NCBI GenBank assembly: GCA_963727485.1
Contig: CAVSGM010000002.1
Coordinates: 704,001 to 768,000, forward strand
Length of the DNA stretch: 64,000 nucleotides
Reading direction: 5' to 3'
From: an uncultured delta proteobacterium
GTDB lineage: Bacteria > Myxococcota > Myxococcia > SLRQ01
A program made the position numbers and the translations under genes. Positions 29,268-40,207 of this stretch are shown one piece after another. Every line of letters starts with the position of its first letter. Position 1 is the stretch's first letter. Below the pieces are notes generated by a model. That model had not been told where the DNA came from and made no database searches. It saw only the letters and a list, made by a program, of their open reading frames with translations.

Positions 29268-29344
29268 GACGCAGGGAGACTCGCACTCGGCGCGAAGACA
29301 TGGTCTAGTCTTTGCGCCAATTTTTCATTCCTGGAGGGGAACAC

Positions 29345-31495
29345 ATGCATCATTTCCGCCGTGTATCGGCCGTGCTCGCCACGGCTGCGCTCCTGGGCGC
29401 GGCCGGGTGCTGGAACCCGACCCCCGAGAAGTACCCGTCGATCACCTTCTTCGGCGCCGACTACGGCACCATCACCGCGGGCACCGACGGTGCCGGCAAC
29501 CCGGTGCAGGGCTCGGTCACCCTGACCTGGCAGACCCGGCTGGCCGAGAAGGTCAACATCGTGGCCACGCCGGCCTCCACCGGGAAGCCCTCGGTGGTGG
29601 CGACCTTCAAGGCCGGGGACACCGCCGGGTGCACCGTCAACCCGACCTTCCCCGACTCGGACTGCGTCAAGGACGGCACCTACCAGGTGAGCCCCACCGA
29701 GGACACCGTCTACAACATCCAGGCGATCGTCGGCGCCGGCGACTGCAGCCGGGACCCCACCCTGGGCAACCTCCTGCACCCCGCCCAGTGCAACGATCTC
29801 ACCGCCGACCCCAACGCCAGCCTCCAGGTGATCCCCATCACCGTGGTGGCCCCGTCGACCATCAGCCTCACGGTCGGTGGTAGTGACACCGCCACCGTGG
29901 CCCCGGGCACCGACGTCATGGCCGACTACGCCGTCACCGGCGCCACCGCCTACGACTTCGGGATCCTCAGCACCGACTCCAGCGGCAACCCCAGCTACGC
30001 CGCCTGCGGCGCCGCCGGGGACACCACCGCCCCCTGCACCATGCCCGCGGCCGACGCCAACGGGAACGTCCCCGACTCGGGCCAGATCACCGTGCCGGGC
30101 GTCACCGCCAGCACCGTGCTCACCGGGGAGTCCACCAACGGCGCCGACGACGGCCTCGGCGACGTCGCCCCGGACACCACCGGCGCCACCGTGACCATCA
30201 CCGTCCCCGGGACCCCGGCGGTGGGCAGCTTCACCGCCACCCCCGATCACATCAACCCGACCACCAGCGGCACCTCGGTGACCCTCGACTGGACCGTCAC
30301 CTCCGCCGACACCGTGGCGGTACAGGTCGACTCGAGCTCCACCGGGGCCGCCACCGGCATGAGCAGCTGCACCGGCGTGGACAACACCGGCGCGGGCACC
30401 TGCTTCGTCTCGGTCACCGGCGCCGACGGCGACATGGTCAAGCTCAACCTGGTGGCCAGCAACAGCGCCACCAGCCAGACCTCGCCGCCCTCGAGCGTGA
30501 CGGTCATGATCGGCGCCACGCCGACGGCCACCTTCAGCGCCTCCCCCACCGAGCTCACCAGCGCCGGCGGGGACGTCACCCTCACCTGGAGCGCCGCCGG
30601 CGCCACCGGGGTGACCATCACCGACGACGGCGGCAACACCGTGGTCGACACCGGGGCCAGCACGCCCACCAACTGCGACAGCGGGAACCCCTGTGACCCC
30701 ACCGGGGACACCATCACCGTCGCCGGCGTGACCGCGACCACCACCTGGACCCTCACCGCGCAGAACGCCTTCCCCGGCAGCACCACCAAGACCGCCACCA
30801 GCACCGTGTACGGGGCGCCGGCCCTGAACGCCCTCACGGTGCAGGACAGCGCCTCCGGGAGCTCGGCGATCGACGTCTCCGGCGGCGGCCTCCAGGTGGT
30901 CAACACCACCGACAGCGCGACCCTGGCCTGGGACACCACCAACGTGAAGCCCAGCACGGTCACCTTCAACACCGCCGCGGTGCCGGCCACCGGCGGCTGC
31001 GCCGCGGTGCCCAGCTGGTCGCCGGCCTCGGGCTTCTCGTTCACCGGCGCCACCGGAACCTTCGGCCTGACCACCACCGGGAACCTCTGCTACCAGTTCG
31101 TCTACGGTGGCTACGCCAGCCAGGCGGGCGGTACCGTGACCTTCGAGGTCGACCGCAAGGTGGCCATCAACCAGGTGACCCTCAACAGCCAGGGCATCAC
31201 CAACGACAGCAAGACCGCGTTCGTACAGGGCGCGTCGGTGACCGCCGACTGGAGCAACACCTCCAACGCCGCCAGCTATGTCCTGGCCAAGTCCGCGGCG
31301 GTGGGGACGGGGGTGAATTGCTCGGCAGCGCCCGCGTACACCGCGGTGGGCGGCTATACCAGCCCGGCCACGACCTACGACCTCACCTCGCCCGTCACCG
31401 GGACCACGGACTGCTACCGGCTCACCGCGGTCAACAACGCGGTATCGGCGCCCGACAACCAGGCCGTGTTCTACTTCGGCATCACCGGCCAGTAG
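29345..31495 (+). CDS. Thr/Cys-rich modular lipoprotein B, paralog of A with extra modules
   Basis: Lipobox-like GAAGC. Shares CWNP.PEKYPSITFFGA.YG, GCTVNPTFPDSDCVKDG, GDCSRDP.LGNLLHPAQCND and GESTNGADDG with A. Confidence 0.8.
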   Translation: MHHFRRVSAVLATAALLGAAGCWNPTPEKYPSITFFGADYGTITAGTDGAGNPVQGSVTLTWQTRLAEKVNIVATPASTGKPSVVATFKAGDTAGCTVNPTFPDSDCVKDGTYQVSPTEDTVYNIQAIVGAGDCSRDPTLGNLLHPAQCNDLTADPNASLQVIPITVVAPSTISLTVGGSDTATVAPGTDVMADYAVTGATAYDFGILSTDSSGNPSYAACGAAGDTTAPCTMPAADANGNVPDSGQITVPGVTASTVLTGESTNGADDGLGDVAPDTTGATVTITVPGTPAVGSFTATPDHINPTTSGTSVTLDWTVTSADTVAVQVDSSSTGAATGMSSCTGVDNTGAGTCFVSVTGADGDMVKLNLVASNSATSQTSPPSSVTVMIGATPTATFSASPTELTSAGGDVTLTWSAAGATGVTITDDGGNTVVDTGASTPTNCDSGNPCDPTGDTITVAGVTATTTWTLTAQNAFPGSTTKTATSTVYGAPALNALTVQDSASGSSAIDVSGGGLQVVNTTDSATLAWDTTNVKPSTVTFNTAAVPATGGCAAVPSWSPASGFSFTGATGTFGLTTTGNLCYQFVYGGYASQAGGTVTFEVDRKVAINQVTLNSQGITNDSKTAFVQGASVTADWSNTSNAASYVLAKSAAVGTGVNCSAAPAYTAVGGYTSPATTYDLTSPVTGTTDCYRLTAVNNAVSAPDNQAVFYFGITGQ

Positions 31496-31519
31496 GCCGG
31501 GCGGCTCGCTTCACCTCAT

Positions 31520-31552
31520 CGCGGGCGCTCCCTCACGGGGGCGCCCGCGTTT
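31520..31552 (+). terminator. Intrinsic terminator after lipoprotein B
   Basis: CGCGGGCGCTCCC-TCAC-GGGGGCGCCCGCG followed by TTT. Confidence 0.6.
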
Positions 31553-31669
31553 CGCTGGTTCGACCGCGGCGCGGCCCGGGCTGGGGCCGGCCACGCGGGA
31601 GGCCGCACCGCCGGCGATGGCGCACCGCGCCTCGCGCCTGGAGCCGAGGCGTGCTCTACTCTGACGGGC

Positions 31670-34456
31670 GTGGCGAACCGACACCCGGACGAGATGACGG
31701 GCGGTGGCGCGCCGAGCGGCGGGGCCCACCGCCCGCGGGCAGAGGCCTCGGAGACGGCGACCCGCACCGCCCCGGTCACGGCCCCGGGCCGCACCGCTCC
31801 ACCACCCCACCCCACCCCAACGGGGTCCGGCCGCGGCCTCCCGGCGGCGACGGGCATGCGCCTGCGCTTCGGCGGCCTGTGGCGCGCGCTGCTCGACTGG
31901 CTCTTCCGCCCGGTCCACTTCCCCGACGACGCCGAGGAGAGCCTGCGCAAGCTCTCCGAGCGGGGCACGGTGGTCTACGTGGGCCGGGGGGCGGGGCTTC
32001 TGCCCTACCTCTACTTCAACTGGGCCTTCCTCCGCCTGGGCCTGCCGCTGGCCCGCTACGTCAACGGCGTGGGGGCGTTTGCCGCCGGCCTCTTCGGCCG
32101 CGGCCTCAAGCCCGACCGCCCCGCGGCCCGGGCCCCGAGCGGCACCGCCGCCGACGAGGCGCGCCTGGAGGCCACCGTCGCCCGGGACCACCCGGCGCTG
32201 GTCTTCCTCTGGCACCGGGGCCCGGCGCTCTCCGGGCGCAAGGACACCTTCGGCAGCGACCACGCCGCGGCCCTGGTGCGCCTCCAGCGCGAGCAGGAGC
32301 GCCCCATCTTCCTCGTCCCCACCCTGCTCCTCTTCGGCCAGCGCCCCAAGAGCCGCGGCGCCCGGCCCGGGGTCTTCGACATCGTCTTCGGCAACCGCGA
32401 GGCCCCGGGGCGCGTCCGGGCGCTCCTGGCGTTCCTGCGCTACCGGCGCACCGCCTGGGTGAAGCTCGGGGACCCGGTGGACCTGAAGGCCTTGGTCGGC
32501 GATCACGGCGACCAGCCAGACGCCCGCCTCGGCCGGATGGTCCGCGGGAGCCTCGCCCAGTACCTCGCCCGGGAGGAGCGGGTGGTCATCGGGCCGCCTC
32601 TCAAGGACCCGAAGCGCCTCCAGATGGAGCTCCTCCGGGACCACCGCCTCGATGACCGGCTGGTGGAGATCGCCCGGGCCCAGGACCGGCGCGTCGCCGA
32701 CGTCCGCCGGGAGGCGCGCCGGGACCTCCGGGAGATCGGCGCCCGCTACGCCCCGAGCCTCATCGCCATCCTCGACCGGGTCCTCGGCTGGGTCTTCCAC
32801 CGGATCTACGACGGCATCGACGTCGACGAGGCGGGCCTCGCCCGGGTGGCCGAGGCCGCCAAGGCCGGGCCCCTGGTCCTCTGCCCCAGCCACCGCTCCC
32901 ACGTCGACTACCTGGTGCTCTCGTGGGTCTTCTACCGGCACGGGCTGATGCCCCCGCACATCGCCGCCGGGAAGAACCTCTCGTTCTGGCCGCTGGGGCC
33001 CCTGCTCCGCCGCGCCGGCGCCTTCTTCCTCCGGCGCAGCTTCAAGGACGACCCGGTGTACTCGGCGGTGTTCCGGGCCTACGTGAAGAAGCTCCTGCGC
33101 GAGGGCTACAGCCAGGAGTTCTTCATCGAGGGGACCCGCAGCCGCACCGGGAAGATGCTCCCCCCGCGCCTGGGGATGGTGAGCTACGAGGTCGAGGCCT
33201 TCCTCGAGTGCAACCGCCGGGACGCGGCCTTCGTGCCCATCGCCATCTCCTACACCCGGGTCATCGAGGCCAAGAGCTACCGCGCCGAGGGGCTCGGCGC
33301 CGAGAAGCGCCCGGAGAACGTCCGGGGCCTCCTCGCCGCGCGCAAGATCCTCCGGGCACGCTACGGCCGCATCTTCATCCGCTTCGGCGAGCCCATCGCC
33401 CTCGCCGCCTTCCTCCAGGCGCGGGGCCTGGATCCCGAGGCCGCCGGGGTCGCCGGCGAGCCCCCACCCGACCCTGCGACCGTCCGCGGCGCCGTCCGCG
33501 ACCTCGCCTTCCACGTGGCCTACGGCATCGACCGGAGCGCCACCGTCCTCCCCACCACCCTGGCCGCCGCCGGGCTCCTGACCCAGCGGCGTCGGGGCCT
33601 CGAGCTCGAGGAGGTCCTCGACGCCGCGGGCTTCTTCGGGTGCCTCCTGCGCCAGGGCGGCCAGGCGCCGCTCTCCCCCGAGCTCACCTTCGACGACGCC
33701 GGGCGCCTGGACACGACCCCGGTGGCCCAGGCCGTGGACACCCTGGTCCAGGAGGGGGTCCTGGTCCGCCACCAGGTCAGCGGCCGGACCATCCTGGAGA
33801 CGGTCCCCGAGGGCCGGATGACCCTCGACTACTACAAGAACAGCCTGGTGGCCTTCCTCGGCGAGTCCGGCCTCATCGCCACCGCCCTCCTCGCCCGGCG
33901 CGGCCCCGACGGAGCGCCGGTGGCCACCCCCGAGGCCGAGGTCCGGGCCGGCGTGGGGACGCTCTCACGGCTCCTCTCCCGGGAGTTCGTGTTCCGCCCG
34001 GGCCTGGGCCTCGACGCGGCCTACGCGGGTGCCCTGGGCGAGCTCACGGACGCCGGGTGGGTGCACACCCGGGGCAAGCGGCCCCCGAAGCTCGAGGTCA
34101 CCGCCGAGGGGGAGGTGCCCCTGGCCCGGCTCCGGCTCCTGGTCCTCAACCTGGTCGAGGGCTACTGGCTCACCCTCCGGGCCGCCGCCGAGATGCTCGC
34201 CGGGGGCGCCGTCCCCGAGAAGGAGCTGGTGGCCCGGATCCTCGAGGAGGGCCGGGTCCTGGTGCTCACCGGGCGGGTCGCGGCCCCGGAGGCCCTGGCC
34301 AAGCCCCTGGTGCAGGCGGCCCTGGGGACCGCCGTCGACCGGGGCCTCCTCGCCCGGGAGGGCCGCCGGGGCGAGCGCCTGGCGGCCGCGGACCTGGAGG
34401 CGGTCACGGAGATGGTGCACGCCCTCGAGCCCTTCGTCGGCCAGGTGCTGACCTAG
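31670..34456 (+). CDS. plsB: Glycerol-3-phosphate / DHAP acyltransferase (PlsB/GNPAT family); start uncertain
   Basis: CPSHRSHVDY (HX4D), IAAGKNL, GAFFLRRSF, FFIEGTRSRTGK, VPIAISY. Confidence 0.85.
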   Translation: MANRHPDEMTGGGAPSGGAHRPRAEASETATRTAPVTAPGRTAPPPHPTPTGSGRGLPAATGMRLRFGGLWRALLDWLFRPVHFPDDAEESLRKLSERGTVVYVGRGAGLLPYLYFNWAFLRLGLPLARYVNGVGAFAAGLFGRGLKPDRPAARAPSGTAADEARLEATVARDHPALVFLWHRGPALSGRKDTFGSDHAAALVRLQREQERPIFLVPTLLLFGQRPKSRGARPGVFDIVFGNREAPGRVRALLAFLRYRRTAWVKLGDPVDLKALVGDHGDQPDARLGRMVRGSLAQYLAREERVVIGPPLKDPKRLQMELLRDHRLDDRLVEIARAQDRRVADVRREARRDLREIGARYAPSLIAILDRVLGWVFHRIYDGIDVDEAGLARVAEAAKAGPLVLCPSHRSHVDYLVLSWVFYRHGLMPPHIAAGKNLSFWPLGPLLRRAGAFFLRRSFKDDPVYSAVFRAYVKKLLREGYSQEFFIEGTRSRTGKMLPPRLGMVSYEVEAFLECNRRDAAFVPIAISYTRVIEAKSYRAEGLGAEKRPENVRGLLAARKILRARYGRIFIRFGEPIALAAFLQARGLDPEAAGVAGEPPPDPATVRGAVRDLAFHVAYGIDRSATVLPTTLAAAGLLTQRRRGLELEEVLDAAGFFGCLLRQGGQAPLSPELTFDDAGRLDTTPVAQAVDTLVQEGVLVRHQVSGRTILETVPEGRMTLDYYKNSLVAFLGESGLIATALLARRGPDGAPVATPEAEVRAGVGTLSRLLSREFVFRPGLGLDAAYAGALGELTDAGWVHTRGKRPPKLEVTAEGEVPLARLRLLVLNLVEGYWLTLRAAAEMLAGGAVPEKELVARILEEGRVLVLTGRVAAPEALAKPLVQAALGTAVDRGLLAREGRRGERLAAADLEAVTEMVHALEPFVGQVLT

Positions 34457-34482
34457 CGCCCTGGGGCGCTGCGACCGCCGCC

Positions 34483-37045
34483 CTAGCCCTTCCGGCCGCC
34501 GGCCTCGAGGCGTGCCTCCAGGGCCCGGATCCGGTCCTCGAGCTTCCGGCCCTGCTCGGTGAGGGTCTCCACGTGCTGCTCCAGGCCGGCGACCTTCGGG
34601 TCCTCGGCGCCGCGGATCTCCGCGAGGACACCGTCGAGGTCCACCTGGTGCTGCCGCGAGAGGGTCGCCCGGTGGGCCTTCAGCGCCCCGAGGGCCTCGG
34701 TGGCCTTGAGGGTCTTGAGGGCCGTGACCGCCGCGCGCCGGACGTTCTCCACCGGGTCGCGCAGCAGGTCCTCACAGGCCTCCACCGCCTCCCGGCGCTG
34801 GGGCGGCGCCAGCCACGCACCGAGGGCACCGAGGGCGCGCACCGCCGCCGGCCGCGCCCGGTTGCTCGTGGCCCCGTGGCGCGCCCGCTCCCGGAGGAGC
34901 GGGAGGTACTCGGCGCGCCGGGTCTCCGCCAGGGCCTCGAAGGCCCCGCCCTGGGCGATGCCCTGGAACCCGTCGCGCCCGGCCGCCGCCTCCAGGCGCG
35001 CCCCGGGGGCGTCCTGGCGCTGGGCCCCGAGGACCTTGTAGGCGGCGGCGGTGGCCCTCGGCGGCAGCCCCGCGTCCAGGCGCCGTTCCACGACCTCGAC
35101 CACCCGGGGGTCCCGGTAGCGCCCCAGCGCCCCGAGGAGCGCCGCCACCACCCGGGCGTCGGGCTCCCCCGGGAGGCGCGCCAGGAGCGCCGCCAGGGCC
35201 ACCTCGGTCCCGGCCTTCCCCAGGGCGTCGGCCATCTCCACCCGTGCCCCCCAGAAGGCCTCGGTCGCCAGGGCGTCTCCCACCGCGGCGATGGCTCCGG
35301 GCCGGCCGCTGGCCACCAGGGTCCGCGCCGCGTGGATGCGGCCGATGACGTCCGGGGCCTCGGCGAGCTGGCGCCGCAGGCGGGGCTCCCCGGGGTCGAA
35401 GTCGAGCTTGCAGAGGACGGTGGCCTCGGGATCGAAGCGCACCTGGTCGGGCGCCTTGGCCATGGGCACCAGCACCGTGTGCTTCGCCTCGGTGAGCTCG
35501 ACGGGCACCACCTCGGTCTTCCCGTCCACGGTGAAGCCCACGTGGGAGTTCAGGTGGAAGACCGGGATCCCCGCCTCGGCGTCGACCTGGGTCTGCTCGA
35601 GGTCGAAGCGCCCCATCCCCGCCTCGGGGTCGTGGGAGAAGGTGACCTTGAGCTTCGGGTAGCCCTTCTGGTGCAGCCACTGGTCGAAGAAACGCCCCAG
35701 GCTCCGGCCGCTGGCCTGCTCCAGGGCCTTCCGGAAGTCGCTGGTCTCCACCACCCCCTGGGCGTGGGCCTCGAGGTAGTCGGTGGACCCCGGCCCAGAA
35801 CGAGGCCTCGCCCACCTCGGCCCGGAGCACGTGGAGGCGGGCGGCGCCACCCGGGTAGAGGTGGCGGTCGAAGAGCTGCCACGAGGAGCGGAAGTGCCGG
35901 TCCACCACCGGCCGCAGGTAGCTCGCGTCGGCCTCGGCGAAGTAGTCCTCGCCGTGGCGGAAGAAGAGGTAGCGGCCCTCGTCGTCGCCGTAGGTGTCCT
36001 CGAGCCAGCACTGCTCCATGAACGTGGCCCAGCTCTCCTTGAGCCAGGCGTGGCTGAAGTCGCGGACCACCAGGAGGTCGCCGAAGTAGCTGTGGGCCAT
36101 CTCGTGGGCGTTGACCTGCTCCACCCGGAGGCCGATCTCGGTGGCCAGCGCCTCGTCGAGGAGGAACTGGTCGTCCCAGCTCACCAGGGAGATGTTCTCC
36201 ATGGCGCCGCCGAGCCCCGGGAGCGCGAACTGGAAGTACTTGGGGAAGGGGAAGTCCATCCGAAGCTTCTTCGTCATCCACCCCAAGAGGTCCCGGGTGC
36301 GGCCGAAGGTGCGCGCCAGGTGGCCGGCGTCGAAGGGCGCGGCGGTGAAGTAGCTCACCGGCCGGCCCTCGAAGTCCCCGTCGTCGAGGCGGACGAAGTC
36401 GCCGAGGGCGAAGCAGAGGATGTAGCTGGGGCAGCGCTGCTCCAGCTTCCAGTGCGCCGTGTGGGTGCCGTCGCCGTGGTCGACGTCCTCGACCAGGGCG
36501 CCGTTGGCGAGGATGGTGAGCCCGGTGGCGGCCCGGAGGTGGAACTCGAGGGTGGTGCGCACCGTGGGCAGGTCCACGCAGGGCAGCCAGTGCCGCGCCC
36601 GCTCGGTCTCGTGATCGGTGGCGGCGAAGCGCGGGGCCTTCGGGTAGGCCTCGTCGGGGCGGGAGAAGAAGAGGCCGGTGGCCGGCCGGGTCACCCGGTA
36701 GCGCACCGCCACCCGGCGGGTCTCCCCCTCGGGGACGCCGTCGGGCCAGTCGAGGCGCAGCCGCTCGCCGTCGTAGTCGGAGGTGAGGAGGTGGCCGTCG
36801 GGGTCGGTGACCGCGACGTCCTCGAAACCCACCGCGTCGAGGGTGAGGGCCCGGGCGCCGGGGCGCCTTGCGAGGACCGTGGTGGTCACCGTGCCCTCGG
36901 CGGTGGCGGCCTCGAGGTCGACGGCGAGGTCGATGTCGAGGTGGACCGGCTCGAGGCCGAGGTCGGGGGCGTACTGGGCCTCGGCCCCCTCGGCGAAGGG
37001 GCGGGGGCCGGCGGCGGCGCAGGCGTGGGTCTTTTGGGTGGACAT
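34483..37045 (-). CDS. pepN: M1 aminopeptidase with C-terminal HEAT repeats (frameshift at ~35785)
   Basis: GGAMENISL, HEMAHSYFGD...WLKESWAT. Removing one base joins this to TDYLEAH...FFDQW...GYP and the HEAT repeats. Confidence 0.88.
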
Positions 37046-37109
37046 GGGGCGGTCCTAGCCGCTCGCCGGGCCGAGGGCAACCGGGCGTGGCGACGCCGCC
37101 GGGCCCCGG

Positions 37110-38933
37110 TCACTCGTGGACGTGGCCCACGGCGTCGTCGGCGCCGGTGGCCCGGGCCACCTCGGCGATGTCCACCGCCCCCGCCGGGGCCAGGGCCTTG
37201 ATCGTCGCCTGGACCCGCGCCCGCCCCCGCCACCAGTTGAAGCCCAGGGTGAAGGCGAGGTCCACCGGGCCCCGGGCGATGGTGTCGAGCTCGCCCCCGA
37301 GGTCGAAGCCGATGGCCTCCACCTCCCCGAGGCGCGCCTTGAGGTGGCCGGGACCGTCGTCTCGCCGGCCCACCAGGTGGCCACCTTCGAGCTGCGCCCC
37401 CCGGACCACCAGGACCGGCGCCGGGTGGCCCATGCCAAACGGCGCCAGGCGCTCCACCGCGGCGCAGAGCTCCCAGGTGAGGTCGGCCGGGTCCACCTCG
37501 GCGTCGGCCCGGAGGATGGGCACCAGGTCCTCGGGGTCGAGGCGATCGGCGCAGATCGCCTCGAACTCGGCCTGGAAGGCACCCAGCTCGCCCGCCGGGA
37601 GCTCCAGGCCCGCGGCGGCCCGGTGGCCCCCGTAGCGCGTCAGGTGCCCCTCACAGGCCACCAGGGCGTCGTGGAGGTGGAAGCCGGCGTAGGAGCGCCC
37701 GGAGCCCCGGGCCTTCCCGTCCTCGAGGGCCAGGACCAGGGCCGGGCGGTGGAAGCGCTCGACGATCCGCGAGGCCACGATGCCCACCACGCCCCGGTGC
37801 CACCCCTCGCCGGCGAGGACCAGGCCCCGGAGCGCCGGGTCCCGGGTCTCGGCCAGGGCCGCCGCCTCGCCGAGGATGCGCCGCTCGATCTCCCGGCGCT
37901 CGGTGTTGGCCCGGTCCAGGGCCTCGGCCAGCGGCATCGCCTCGGCCTCGGTCTCGGCGAGGAGGAGCCGGAGGCCGGCCCGGGCGTCGTCCAGGCGCCC
38001 GGCGGCGTTGATCCTCGGCCCCAGGCGGAAGCCCACCTGCCCGGCGGTGACCTGCCCGGCCTCGACCCCGGCGACGGCCTTGAGGGCCCGGATCCCGGGT
38101 CGGCGCCCCTCGGCGAGGAGCTGGAGCCCGTGGGCCACCAGGACCCGGTTCTCGTCCTGGAGGGGCACCACGTCGGCGACGGTGCCGAGCGCCACCAGGT
38201 CGAGGAACTGCTTGAGGTTCGGCTCGGAGAGGCCCCGGTCCGTGAACCAGCCCGCGTCCCGGAGGGTCCGGCGCAAGGCCAGGAGCAGGTTGAACACCAC
38301 CCCCACCGCGGCGAGGTGCTGGAAGGGGAAGTCACAGCCGGCCTGGTAGGGGTTGAGGATCGCCGCGGCCCGGGGGAGGGTCGCCGGGACCCGGTGGTGG
38401 TCGATGACCACCACGTCGACCCCCAGGGCCACCGCCCGGTCGACCTCCTCCACCGCCGTGACCCCGCAGTCGCAGGTGACCAGCAGCCGCGTCCCCTGCC
38501 CCGCCAGGCGCTCCACCGCGTCGAGGTTGAGGCCGTAGCCCTCCTCGAGGCGCCGGGGGATGTAGGCGTCCACGTCCGCCCCCACCGCGCCCAGGAAGCG
38601 CACCAGGGACGCCGTGGAGGTCACCCCGTCGACGTCGTAGTCGCCGTAGACGGTGATCCGCTCCCCGGCCTCGAGGGCGCGCCGGAGCCGGGCCACCGCC
38701 CGGTCCATGTCCTTGAGGCGGAAGGGATCGTGGAGGCTGCCGAGGTCCGGCGAGAGGAACGCCGCGGCGGCCTCGGGATCGCCGAGGCCCCGGGCCACCA
38801 GCACCCGGGCCACGAGCTCCGGGAGCCCCAGGGCCGAGGCGAGGCGCCGGGCCAGGGCCGCGTCCACCTGGGCGACGCGCCACCGGGGAGGCGCGGAGGG
38901 AAAGCGGGCGATCGCAGCGATGGGTTCAGCCAA
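37110..38933 (-). CDS. recJ: ssDNA exonuclease RecJ
   Basis: YGDYDVDGVTS, TCDCG, IDHH, LGTVADVVPL, GPRINAAGR, GGHRAAAG. Confidence 0.96.
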   Translation of the reverse strand: MAEPIAAIARFPSAPPRWRVAQVDAALARRLASALGLPELVARVLVARGLGDPEAAAAFLSPDLGSLHDPFRLKDMDRAVARLRRALEAGERITVYGDYDVDGVTSTASLVRFLGAVGADVDAYIPRRLEEGYGLNLDAVERLAGQGTRLLVTCDCGVTAVEEVDRAVALGVDVVVIDHHRVPATLPRAAAILNPYQAGCDFPFQHLAAVGVVFNLLLALRRTLRDAGWFTDRGLSEPNLKQFLDLVALGTVADVVPLQDENRVLVAHGLQLLAEGRRPGIRALKAVAGVEAGQVTAGQVGFRLGPRINAAGRLDDARAGLRLLLAETEAEAMPLAEALDRANTERREIERRILGEAAALAETRDPALRGLVLAGEGWHRGVVGIVASRIVERFHRPALVLALEDGKARGSGRSYAGFHLHDALVACEGHLTRYGGHRAAAGLELPAGELGAFQAEFEAICADRLDPEDLVPILRADAEVDPADLTWELCAAVERLAPFGMGHPAPVLVVRGAQLEGGHLVGRRDDGPGHLKARLGEVEAIGFDLGGELDTIARGPVDLAFTLGFNWWRGRARVQATIKALAPAGAVDIAEVARATGADDAVGHVHE

Positions 38934-39018
38934 GGTGCCGCCGGGTTACCGGACCCGGCGGCGTCCTTCAAGCCTTGACAACCGGGGGACGGCCACCGGG
39001 CCGCCCCGTCCCGGGTGA

Positions 39019-40194
<1,176 letters not shown>

Positions 40195-40207
40195 GTCAGG
40201 ACCCCGG

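Noticed and set aside
27705..30200. Paralog similarity as a DGR template/variable repeat pair
   Set aside because: Differences are spread across synonymous sites and indels rather than being adenine-specific, both copies are coding, and no reverse transcriptase is present.
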